Assembly: GCA_012521465.1 (NCBI GenBank) | Contig: JAAYMI010000109.1 | Coordinates: 1 to 56,064 of the forward strand | Direction of reading: 5' to 3' | From: Bacillota bacterium | GTDB lineage: Bacteria; Bacillota; Limnochordia; Darwinibacteriales; Darwinibacteriaceae | Length of the DNA: 56,064 bases | In this document: one piece after another, positions 47,121 through 55,199 of the stretch | How the letters are laid out: every line of letters starts with the position of its first letter | Position numbering within the stretch: position 1 is the stretch's first letter | Notes under the pieces: generated by a model | Told to the model about the DNA's origin: nothing | Seen by the model: the letters and a program-made list of their open reading frames with translations, nothing else | Database searches by the model: none | Program-made: the position numbers and the translations under genes

Positions 47121-48355
47121 GCCTGCGGCCGGAAAGCTGCGTATTTCTGCGCGAGTTTGACCAGCACCGCCACACACTGATCCATGGATTGGGCCGAGGC
47201 ATACTCCAAGGTGCTGTGGTGGTTGTGGCTGCCGGTGCCTAAGTTGGGACAGGGCAGACCCATGAAGGACAGCCGGGCGCCGTCGGTTCCGCCCCGCACC
47301 GGGATGCTGTGCGGCTCTCCTCCTACTTCCCGCACCGCCGCGTAGGCATTGTCAATCAGGTGCCAATGGGGGCGGATCTGATCGATCATATTGCGGTAGC
47401 TGTCTATGATCTGAACGTCAACTGTTCCTTCACCATACCGCCGGTTGATTTCCTCCGCCGCTTTCTGCACCGTTTCCTTCTTAGTCTCCAGCTTGTCCCA
47501 ATCGTGATCTCGGAGAATGTAGGACAGATTCGCCTCTTCTACAGTGCCGTTCATGTGGGTAAGATGGTAAAACCCCTGGCGGTCAGAAGTGTGTTCCGGC
47601 CGCTCTTCAGGAGGGAGCAGCGCGGCAAACTCCATGGCGATCAAGTTGGCGTTTTTCATCTTCCCCTTGGCTGTTCCAGGGTGGATATTCTTGCCCTTAA
47701 TCTTTATCTTGGCGGTGGCAGCGTTAAAGGTTTCGTATTCCACTTCCCCAAAGGCCCCGCCATCTACTGTATAAGCAAACTGGGCCCCGAAGCCTTCGAC
47801 GTCAAACTTGTCAGCACCCCGGCCAATCTCCTCATCGGGGGTAAACGCGATCTTGATCTCCCCGTGCTTGATTTCCGGGTCATTGAGGAGAATCTCAGCC
47901 ATGGTCAAGATCTCAGCGACGCCCGCCTTGTTATCTGCTCCTAGAAGGGTCGTACCGTCCGTGACAACCAGATCATGGCCGACATAGGACAGGAGTTGGG
48001 GAAATTCCTCTGGGCTTAGGACAATGCCCTGCTCTTCGTTGAGCACGATTTCCCCACCGCCGTAGTTTTCCACCACCCGAGCCTTGACGTTCTCAAAGGG
48101 CACATCGCGGACCACGTCCATGTGGGCAATAAATCCAATGGTCGTGCCCTGCCAATTAGGTATGTTCGCGGGGATGGTGCCATAAACGTAGCCGTGCTCA
48201 TCTACCCGGGCGTCTGCGATTCCGAGGGCAAGCATCTCTTTCACTAAGTCGCGGGCAAACTCCAGCTGCGCCTCGCTGCTGGGGCACTTGGAGTTGTCTG
48301 CATCGGATGCGGTGGGATACTGGGCATACTTCAGAAGTCTTTCATAGGCGCGCAA
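47117..48355 (-). CDS. pepT: peptidase T (tripeptide aminopeptidase, M20B)
   Basis: It has IGFIAHMDVV, ADNKAGVAE, FTPDEEIG and GGTDGA motifs and is collinear with E. coli PepT as I remember it. Confidence 0.9.
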   Translation of the reverse strand: MRAYERLLKYAQYPTASDADNSKCPSSEAQLEFARDLVKEMLALGIADARVDEHGYVYGTIPANIPNWQGTTIGFIAHMDVVRDVPFENVKARVVENYGGGEIVLNEEQGIVLSPEEFPQLLSYVGHDLVVTDGTTLLGADNKAGVAEILTMAEILLNDPEIKHGEIKIAFTPDEEIGRGADKFDVEGFGAQFAYTVDGGAFGEVEYETFNAATAKIKIKGKNIHPGTAKGKMKNANLIAMEFAALLPPEERPEHTSDRQGFYHLTHMNGTVEEANLSYILRDHDWDKLETKKETVQKAAEEINRRYGEGTVDVQIIDSYRNMIDQIRPHWHLIDNAYAAVREVGGEPHSIPVRGGTDGARLSFMGLPCPNLGTGSHNHHSTLEYASAQSMDQCVAVLVKLAQKYAAFRPQA

Positions 48356-49094
48356 TTCTCTCTTCCTCCATTTCCTTCCTTACCCCTGGTAAGGTGGTGG
48401 CATATTCATAAAACTCCCTCAAGCTCCCGTGGGGGAACTGCGAGATATCCAGATTGTCTTTATTGATCAGGCAGTCGGTGATGAGGAAGACTTCCATCCC
48501 CAGCTCCCGGGCGCACATGTCCTCTGTGACATCATTGCCTACCATCAAACAGTCCTGAGGGTCTCTGCCGATCCGGTCCAAGATTTCTCTGTAGTAGCCT
48601 AAGTTCGGCTTGGCATAGGTGAAATCCTCGTAGGTCGTGATGAGGGAGAAATCTTCTGGATCAAGCCCAGCCCACCTTATCCGGGCATAGGTGCCTTCTC
48701 GGGGAAAGAGGGCATTGGTGGCCAAGACCAGCTGGTACCCCTTCGCTTTCAGCGCCGCGACACACTGAAAAGCTAGAGGCGTTGGCTGGGTGGCGGCATC
48801 CTTTACCCTGTGGAACTCATTGAGGTAAAATTCACGGAACAGGGGCTTGTGGTCGCGCACACCGTCACCTAAGAGGGCACTCGCCGCGTCAAAAAAGCGC
48901 ACCTCATTGGAAAGGCGGCCATCATTATTCTGCATGGCCTCTACCCCCACCAAAACAGCTTTGACCAAGAGGCGGGGATCGTAACCAACGGAAGCGCACT
49001 TTAGGGAGAGTTCGCGGAAATAGGCGGCCATGAAACTGTCCATATCCAGGGGCAGGAGTGTGCCGTCGAGATCAAATAAGATCGTATCCATCAC
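48342..49094 (-). CDS. HAD superfamily hydrolase
   Basis: It has ILFDLDGTL (DxDxT) and MVGNDVTED motifs. Confidence 0.75.
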   Translation of the reverse strand: MMDTILFDLDGTLLPLDMDSFMAAYFRELSLKCASVGYDPRLLVKAVLVGVEAMQNNDGRLSNEVRFFDAASALLGDGVRDHKPLFREFYLNEFHRVKDAATQPTPLAFQCVAALKAKGYQLVLATNALFPREGTYARIRWAGLDPEDFSLITTYEDFTYAKPNLGYYREILDRIGRDPQDCLMVGNDVTEDMCARELGMEVFLITDCLINKDNLDISQFPHGSLREFYEYATTLPGVRKEMEEERIARL

Positions 49095-49123
49095 ATCTTC
49101 TCCTTCTCACCGCTGTTCCCTAT

Positions 49124-49132
49124 ATTATACCA
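49124..49132 (-). promoter_or_regulatory. extended -10 element TGGTATAAT upstream of the HAD/pepT genes
   Basis: The minus strand reads TGGTATAAT, about 30 nt upstream of the ATG at 49094 and immediately after the upstream terminator. Confidence 0.45.
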
Positions 49133-49166
49133 AAAAAAGCTTCTGGAGAAGTACACCTCCAGAAGC
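49132..49166 (-). terminator. strong rho-independent terminator
   Basis: The minus strand reads GCTTCTGGAG-GTGTACTT-CTCCAGAAGC followed by TTTTTTT. Confidence 0.8.
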
Positions 49167-49211
49167 CCAGAGCATTCTTGCCGCTCGCGGAACCCGCGCT
49201 GTTGAGTGCGC

Positions 49212-49388
49212 CTAGTGCACCACGCTCCGCAGCCAGGTCGCGACAGTTTTAAACAACTGGCCCCAAAAAAGACCGATTGAGGAAAACAGCAATCGTCGGA
49301 GGAGGCGATGCCCGCGCGCCGCAGAGTCATCTCTCCGCAGCAGCATCTGACGTTCCTCATTGGTAACGATGGGGTCTGGAAGTTTCAT
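49212..49388 (-). CDS. small hypothetical protein (58 aa) with C-terminal hydrophobic helix, not in the ORF track
   Basis: The start is AAGGAGAACCGAC-ATG. The translation is MKLPDPIVTNEERQMLLRRDDSAARGHRLLRRLLFSSIGLFWGQLFKTVATWLRSVVH, and the strong terminator above follows it. Confidence 0.45.
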   Translation of the reverse strand: MKLPDPIVTNEERQMLLRRDDSAARGHRLLRRLLFSSIGLFWGQLFKTVATWLRSVVH

Positions 49389-49527
49389 GTCGGTTCTCCT
49401 TTGTACAGGCTCTGAAAACAGCGTAACTTAATACTTTATTTGCTTCAGATTCGGAAAATCCTGCACCGGAGACGAATTCCCTCCAAAATTCGGTGACCGG
49501 CCTAGTGCGGCGTGCGGTAACCTCACG

Positions 49528-50397
49528 CTAGTCCTTAATGGAACCGCCCAAGATTCCCTGGACAAGCTGGCGCTGGAACAAGAAGAAGATGATCAGGGGA
49601 ACCAGCATCTGCAGAAATGCACCAGGAGCAATCACATCGACGTTAGATGCGAAGTTCCGCATCTGGCTGAAAATGGCCGTAGTGAGGGGCGCGTTGACTG
49701 GTTCGGCGAAGATCAGGGCAATCATCATGTCGTTCCACACCCAGAGGAACTGGAAAATAGATAGGGACGCAATAGCCGGCATGGCAAGCGGCAGCAGGAT
49801 CCGCCAGAACATGAGGAGGTGCCCCGCTCCGTCCATCTGAGCCGCCTCCAGCAAAGCCCTGGGAACATTCCCCAAGAAGTTCCGCAGGAGGAAAATGGCA
49901 AACGGCAGCCCGAACGCTAAATGAAACAGAATCACACCTTGAACCGTCCCAAAAATCCCCATCAGACGGAAGATCTGAGCCGCAGGGATAAAGGCCATTT
50001 GGGTAGGCACCACCTGCAGGCCAACGATTACCAAGAACAGCGCTTCCCGACCCTTGAAGGGAATCCAGGCTAGAGCATAGGCGGCAAGGGCGGCTATGCC
50101 TACCACAAAGACTGTGCTTGGGATGGTAATGATAAACGTGTTCTTCAGAGCCCGGAGCATGGTGGGTTCGCTCAACAGGCGGATGTACGAGTTGAGCGTC
50201 AGAGTGCGCGGATTGGCAAGGGCAGTCCACCACCCACTCTGTCCGATGTCTGCCCCAGTGCGCAGCGATTGGACAAACAGACCCACCGTGGGAATGAGCC
50301 AGAATACAGCAACAACCAACATGATGATGTCGATGGCCCGCTTCTGCATGAAGGACAGGGCGCGCTTGGTTTTTCCCCAGGTTTTCACTTGTACCAT
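49528..50397 (-). CDS. carbohydrate ABC transporter permease (MalG-like)
   Basis: It has the EAA loop LEAAQMDGAGHLLMFWRILLP and 6 TM segments. Confidence 0.85.
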   Translation of the reverse strand: MVQVKTWGKTKRALSFMQKRAIDIIMLVVAVFWLIPTVGLFVQSLRTGADIGQSGWWTALANPRTLTLNSYIRLLSEPTMLRALKNTFIITIPSTVFVVGIAALAAYALAWIPFKGREALFLVIVGLQVVPTQMAFIPAAQIFRLMGIFGTVQGVILFHLAFGLPFAIFLLRNFLGNVPRALLEAAQMDGAGHLLMFWRILLPLAMPAIASLSIFQFLWVWNDMMIALIFAEPVNAPLTTAIFSQMRNFASNVDVIAPGAFLQMLVPLIIFFLFQRQLVQGILGGSIKD

Positions 50398-50411
50398 CTG
50401 CTGGCCACCCC

Positions 50412-51734
50412 CTACTGCTGCTCCAGGCGGAACCGCCGGATATTAGACAACATCACAGGTAGAATCAAGAGGAACAGAATTGTTGCGAGAGCGCTTCCCA
50501 AACCGTGATCATTCATGCCGCCAAAGGCTGCGTTCCACATTTCCAGAGCAAGCACAGTGGCATCGGCCCGGACTGGTTCAGGGGCGACTACGAGAATTAA
50601 GTCGAAGATCTTCAGCACGCTGATGATCGCCCGCACGAAGATCACCACAAGCACGGGCATCAACGATGGAATGGTGATGTAGCGGAAGACCTGCCATTCA
50701 TTTGCGCCCTCAGTGCGGGCCGCCTCCAAAAGGTCACGGTTAATGGAAGACAATCCGGCCCCAATCATCATCACGGCAAAGCCGGTGTTGATCCAGACGT
50801 AGGCAAGGATGAGCGCAGGGATGATGAAGTCACGCCCAAGCCAGTAGTATCCGCCAAAGGGCTGCCTAAAGCTCTCTGGGCTCAAGCGCACTTTGTAGGC
50901 TCCTGGGGCTAGACCGGTGATCGCGTAGCTGCCGTCATTGCCGGTATAGGCCTTACCCACAACCTTACCGTCCTGAATGGCTTCCACCTTGATACCCGGC
51001 AGTCCCCGCTTTTCGGGATCAGGCTGTCCGCGCGTGCCGCGGCCTCCGCTGAGGAAGTCCAGCCACACTACGCCCGTAATCCCACTGGGCGAGGGCGCTG
51101 GTACCCGCAGCTCTGTGGCTGTTTCCGGGATCAACTGGGGGCGGATAGCAGCCAAGGCGAAGTTAGCCTGCTGCCCCACCTGCACGAACTCTCTGCTTTC
51201 GAAACCCCCGTCCACCGCAACAGCAAAATCTTCTACGGAAAGACGTCCTCCTGGGTATAGTCCTGGAGGTTTGACAACGTGCACGACCTGCTGAATAACC
51301 GCGTTGATGAACCCTTCGTTGGGATTGCCGGCATACATGAAGCGAAATGTGACTCCCGCTGCTAAGCTGGAGATCACCAAGGGCATAAACATAACCATCC
51401 GGAAAGCTGCCGACCAGCGAATTCTCTCTGTGAGAACCGCAAAGATCAATCCGAGAGCGGTAACTACAGCCGGCACAATTGCCACCCAGATGGCGTTATT
51501 CCGGATCGCCACCAGCATGCGGGGTTCGGAAACCACCCGCTTGTAATTTGCTAGCCCAACATACCCGCCGTAGGCATCGAAGAAGCTCCGGCCAATAGTA
51601 AATACAATGGCATACACTAAAAGACCTAACACGATTGCAGCTGGTCCCAAGAACATCAGCGCGGCTAGTCTATGCTTGCGTTTGTCGCGGCGGCGACCCG
51701 CGTGGGCCGCCGCACTGCGTGTTAGAGTTGGCAT
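50412..51734 (-). CDS. carbohydrate ABC transporter permease (MalF-like) with a roughly 165-aa extracytoplasmic insertion
   Basis: It has the EAA loop LEAARTEGANEWQVFRYITIP. The insertion at about aa 135-300 contains an SdrD-B/Cna-B-like segment, GVVWLD...GLPGIKVEA...TGNDGSYAITGLAPGAYKVRL. Confidence 0.85.
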   Translation of the reverse strand: MPTLTRSAAAHAGRRRDKRKHRLAALMFLGPAAIVLGLLVYAIVFTIGRSFFDAYGGYVGLANYKRVVSEPRMLVAIRNNAIWVAIVPAVVTALGLIFAVLTERIRWSAAFRMVMFMPLVISSLAAGVTFRFMYAGNPNEGFINAVIQQVVHVVKPPGLYPGGRLSVEDFAVAVDGGFESREFVQVGQQANFALAAIRPQLIPETATELRVPAPSPSGITGVVWLDFLSGGRGTRGQPDPEKRGLPGIKVEAIQDGKVVGKAYTGNDGSYAITGLAPGAYKVRLSPESFRQPFGGYYWLGRDFIIPALILAYVWINTGFAVMMIGAGLSSINRDLLEAARTEGANEWQVFRYITIPSLMPVLVVIFVRAIISVLKIFDLILVVAPEPVRADATVLALEMWNAAFGGMNDHGLGSALATILFLLILPVMLSNIRRFRLEQQ

Positions 51735-51749
51735 TCTACTGCCTCCCCT

Positions 51750-53030
51750 TTAGTAGGCTTTCTTTGCATCCTCTTCCAGCTGACGAGTAATTGCTTCAAT
51801 GTCAGGGTTGCGGACGAACTCTTGGAATCCGCCCCTCATACCAGTGCCCGCGGTGGAACCGAATTCCTGCGGTACCAGGTCAGAGAGGTCGAAGCGGAAC
51901 CATTCAGCTTCTTGCAGAGCTTTGGCAGAAGCAGCCACGATCTCGTTGGGATATACCGAGAGGTCCACGCCCTTGTTAGGAGAGGTCAGACCGCCCTGAG
52001 AGGCCCAAATCTCGGCCGCCTTTGGCGTAGCCAAGAAGCGCAGCAAGGCTCTTGCTCCGGGGGTATCCTTCATCATCACAGCAACGTCTCCACCGCCCAC
52101 CACTGCTGCCGGTGATCCCTTGATGGATGGGAATGGGAAGAAGAGCGCATCCTCACCCACAACCGCATTGGTTTCGGTAGAGATGGCGGATACGGAGAAG
52201 TCAGCACCGTAAACCATTGCTGCCTGCGGAGGATCCACAAACGGCTTAATGATCCCCTGCGGATGGTTTGCTTCCAGGGTGCCCTCAACGCCGCCGGCCA
52301 ACCACTCGGGCCGGCCGAGCACTTGCTTGAGGTATTCAAAAGCTTCGATTACGGTTGGATCGGTCCAAGAAATCTCATGTCTGACCAGTTTGTCGTACAT
52401 TTCTGGGCCGGCTACCCGCAGATAGATGTTCTCGAACCAGTCGGTCAGCACCCAAGAGGAGCCGCCACCAGCTGAGAAGGGGGTGATGCCGTAGAAGTCT
52501 ACCATTTCGGCAACTTCCATCATCTCTTCCCAGGTGGTGGGCACTTCCGCCCCAACTTCAGCAAAGATGTTGGTGTTGTACCACACAACCGACTTGTTGG
52601 CTGCCTTGTACCATACACCGTAGAGCTTACCATCGACGCTGGCCAGCTCACGCCATACGGGTGCGTAATATTGATCAACGAGGTCTCCGACGATGTCATC
52701 CACGGCAACCAAGAATCCCCGGCGGGCAAAGTCCTGGAGAAGGCCAGGGTTGGGAAGAGCCGCGATATCCGGCGGGCTGCCGCCTTCAACCCGGGTACCC
52801 AGTACCGTTGCCAGGTTTTCTGGAGTTGGGCTGTACACAATCTCAGCACCAGTCAGAGCACTGAACTCAGCCAAAACGTCTTCAAACTTGCGCTGCTCAT
52901 CGCCGGTCCAGAGTGCTACAACGTTCACTGTCTGGCCAGAAAGATCCGGCCATTCCTCGGCCGCCGCCGCACCGACAAATACCACTAGGAGTGCCAAAAG
53001 CAGAGTAAACAGACGGGTATTCAGTCTCAT
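51750..53030 (-). CDS. ABC transporter extracellular solute-binding protein (family 1, sugar)
   Basis: It has a signal sequence (LFTLLLALLVVFVGAAAAEEW) with no lipobox cysteine, a typical length of 426 aa and Trp/Tyr-rich sugar-binding segments. Confidence 0.85.
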   Translation of the reverse strand: MRLNTRLFTLLLALLVVFVGAAAAEEWPDLSGQTVNVVALWTGDEQRKFEDVLAEFSALTGAEIVYSPTPENLATVLGTRVEGGSPPDIAALPNPGLLQDFARRGFLVAVDDIVGDLVDQYYAPVWRELASVDGKLYGVWYKAANKSVVWYNTNIFAEVGAEVPTTWEEMMEVAEMVDFYGITPFSAGGGSSWVLTDWFENIYLRVAGPEMYDKLVRHEISWTDPTVIEAFEYLKQVLGRPEWLAGGVEGTLEANHPQGIIKPFVDPPQAAMVYGADFSVSAISTETNAVVGEDALFFPFPSIKGSPAAVVGGGDVAVMMKDTPGARALLRFLATPKAAEIWASQGGLTSPNKGVDLSVYPNEIVAASAKALQEAEWFRFDLSDLVPQEFGSTAGTGMRGGFQEFVRNPDIEAITRQLEEDAKKAY

Positions 53031-53136
53031 GAGAATCCTCCTTTGCGTTTTTTCTCGCTGGAATTATGCAGTTGTGTGCAACCGGTTATCTCCCAAGCAT
53101 CACCCCTTTACAGTACCCGGCCGTAACTTACGGGTA

Positions 53137-53937
53137 CTAGAGCTGAAAAACTCTTTGGAGGACCTCAGCAACGCCATCGCTGGCGTTCTGGAAACTCACA
53201 CACCCACCAGCTTCAAGGACAGCAGCCTTGAGTTCAGGGTCAGCATTTGCTGTGGTTGCTGCTTGAAATCCTGCGGTGAGCATGGCTAAGTCATTGTGCG
53301 AATCGCCCATCACCAGAACTTCATCAGGAGCAATCCCGAGATGCTCAACCAACACCCTCAAAGCTGGAAGTTTACCGACCTGCATATGCCTGAGGGCAAG
53401 GCCTCTGTTGTTGCGTATTGCTTTCAGCCCCGCCGCTTCAGCCCACTCCGCCGCCCGCATTAGGCCCTCGCGAGCCTCGTCGCGAGTGGGAAAGACAATC
53501 TCCACAAATCCCCGCCGCTCCTGGAAAACCAGATTGTTCATGAAAAACCGCAGGCGGTGTTCCCGAGCTAACCGCTGGGCGATCGCGTTGCCTTCTGGCA
53601 GGAGCGCTAATTCAGCAGCGAAAAGCTCGCTGTTGCGGGGTTCCCATGGTTTGTAGTGGTTTTTATCAATGAGGGAATAGATATCCCGTTCTTCACAGAT
53701 GAGGTAGTGCGGAAACCCTGCTGAAGGCAGGATCCCGTTTCGCTCCATCAAGCCGCGCGCTTCTTCATATGGCCGGCCTGTGACCAGAGAGATCCACCGG
53801 CCAGAATCGGCTAGGTGCTGCAGGTACTGCCGCGTCCGTTCTGAGATGCTGCTGTCACGATTGATTAGGGTTCCATCTAGATCAAGTGCGATCAACTTCA
53901 CAGTTGCTGCTATCCTCCTATGGGTTTCGCTGCTCAT
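53137..53937 (-). CDS. Cof-type HAD-IIB sugar-phosphatase family hydrolase
   Basis: It has LIALDLDGTLI (DxDxT), VTGRPY and GDSHNDLAM motifs. Confidence 0.8.
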   Translation of the reverse strand: MSSETHRRIAATVKLIALDLDGTLINRDSSISERTRQYLQHLADSGRWISLVTGRPYEEARGLMERNGILPSAGFPHYLICEERDIYSLIDKNHYKPWEPRNSELFAAELALLPEGNAIAQRLAREHRLRFFMNNLVFQERRGFVEIVFPTRDEAREGLMRAAEWAEAAGLKAIRNNRGLALRHMQVGKLPALRVLVEHLGIAPDEVLVMGDSHNDLAMLTAGFQAATTANADPELKAAVLEAGGCVSFQNASDGVAEVLQRVFQL

Positions 53938-53947
53938 GTGCTGCGCT

Positions 53948-54754
53948 CTAGAACATCTCTGTGCCCAGTTCTAAAGGAATCCCCCGTTCTCTCGCTGTTT
54001 CGTACAGCAGAGCGTTGACTATAGCTTCAAAGCCGGCTTTGACTGGAATAACGCTGGCACCCAGTCTCGAGCGGGGTGAGGCAGCCCGCAGCGTCACTGC
54101 GGCCACTTCTGTCAAAGGCGAGAAGTGGCTGCTGGTGATGGCAATGCACGTCAACTTCTCCCGCTTTACCATCTCCAACGGCTGCACCAGGTAGGGACCG
54201 TTACCCGAAACAGAGAGAAAAATGAACACACACGCCTGGTCACGCAGGATGGAGAAGTTGGTGACATCGAGGGTTTCCCGAAAAACGTAGGAGTCTATCC
54301 CTAAGTGCCAGCAGCGGTGGTTGGCGATCTCGCCCATCATGCCTGACTCCCCTGCCCCGTACCAGTAGAGGCGTTTGGCTTTGGCCATAAGGTTTACCGC
54401 TCTACTAAAAGCCTCAGGGTCGAAGTGGTGCAGCGTGTAGTAAACGGCATCGTACATCGCTTTGGTGACCCATTCTAGGTGCTGGCTCCGCACAGGCGGT
54501 TTCACCCTCGGACGCAGTGCTGAGAAGCAGCGCTGCAGATCGGAGTATCCGCTGAAACCCAGCTCCTTACAGAAGCGAAAAACAGTGGCTCGCGAGACTC
54601 CAGCCGCTTCGGCAAACTCATCGATTCCCATGGAGAGCACAGCGCTGGGGTTTTCCATAAGGAAACGGGCAATGACTTTATGTTGACGGCTGAGGGATTC
54701 GTAATTTGCTTTGATGTGTTCAATGGACAGGTAGACATCGCTGGGCACTGTCAA
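53948..54754 (-). CDS. MurR/RpiR family transcriptional regulator (HTH plus SIS domain)
   Basis: It has the HTH segment FAEAAGVSRATVFRFCKELGFSGYSDLQ and a SIS domain (GAGESGMMG). The TTG start follows AGAGGTG. Confidence 0.85.
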   Translation of the reverse strand: MTVPSDVYLSIEHIKANYESLSRQHKVIARFLMENPSAVLSMGIDEFAEAAGVSRATVFRFCKELGFSGYSDLQRCFSALRPRVKPPVRSQHLEWVTKAMYDAVYYTLHHFDPEAFSRAVNLMAKAKRLYWYGAGESGMMGEIANHRCWHLGIDSYVFRETLDVTNFSILRDQACVFIFLSVSGNGPYLVQPLEMVKREKLTCIAITSSHFSPLTEVAAVTLRAASPRSRLGASVIPVKAGFEAIVNALLYETARERGIPLELGTEMF

Positions 54755-54850
54755 CGCCGGGCACCTCTTTTGACACTATCGTATCATTTTGGATCACAGT
54801 GGTTGCATATAATACTTCTATCTCATTCTTGGGATTCCTGTTTTGGAGAG

Positions 54851-54889
54851 AAAAAAGATCGCGCGCAGCTGCTCAAAGCATGGCGCGAT
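54851..54889 (-). terminator. rho-independent terminator for a leftward transcript coming from the 54.9-55.9 kb region
   Basis: The minus strand has stem ATCGCGC ... GCGCGAT (7 bp, 18-nt loop containing GCAGCTGC) followed by CTTTTTTCTCTCC. Confidence 0.55.
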
Positions 54890-55199
54890 ATTGATTAAAT
54901 CTGGGTTGGCTCAACTTGGCAAATGTGTGCACCGCTAAGGCGAATCCGGCGAAAAAAACTGCCCCCTCGACTATCGAAGGGACTCAGTTCAGCGATACGC
55001 ACATTAGAGCTAGATAGGTCACCTCTGGCAAGATCGCATCACGTCATGCAAACAAACAGGAGTGTCTAGAGACCGATCCAGCGGCAGAGCAGCTGCTTTC
55101 CGTACAAAGCAACGGTCTCAGAAGTTGAACTATCTGGCATTTTGGGACAAGGCCGATTCGCGAGTGTACGGGAGAGCCCGCGCAAGGTTGACGGCAAGG

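Noticed and set aside
49091-49360. An 89-aa track ORF between the ABC operon and the HAD gene.
   Set aside because: - It has no RBS and a Cys/Arg-rich composition.
- It reads straight through a strong terminator hairpin.
- A different-frame 58-aa ORF (49212..49388) with a good RBS explains the region better.
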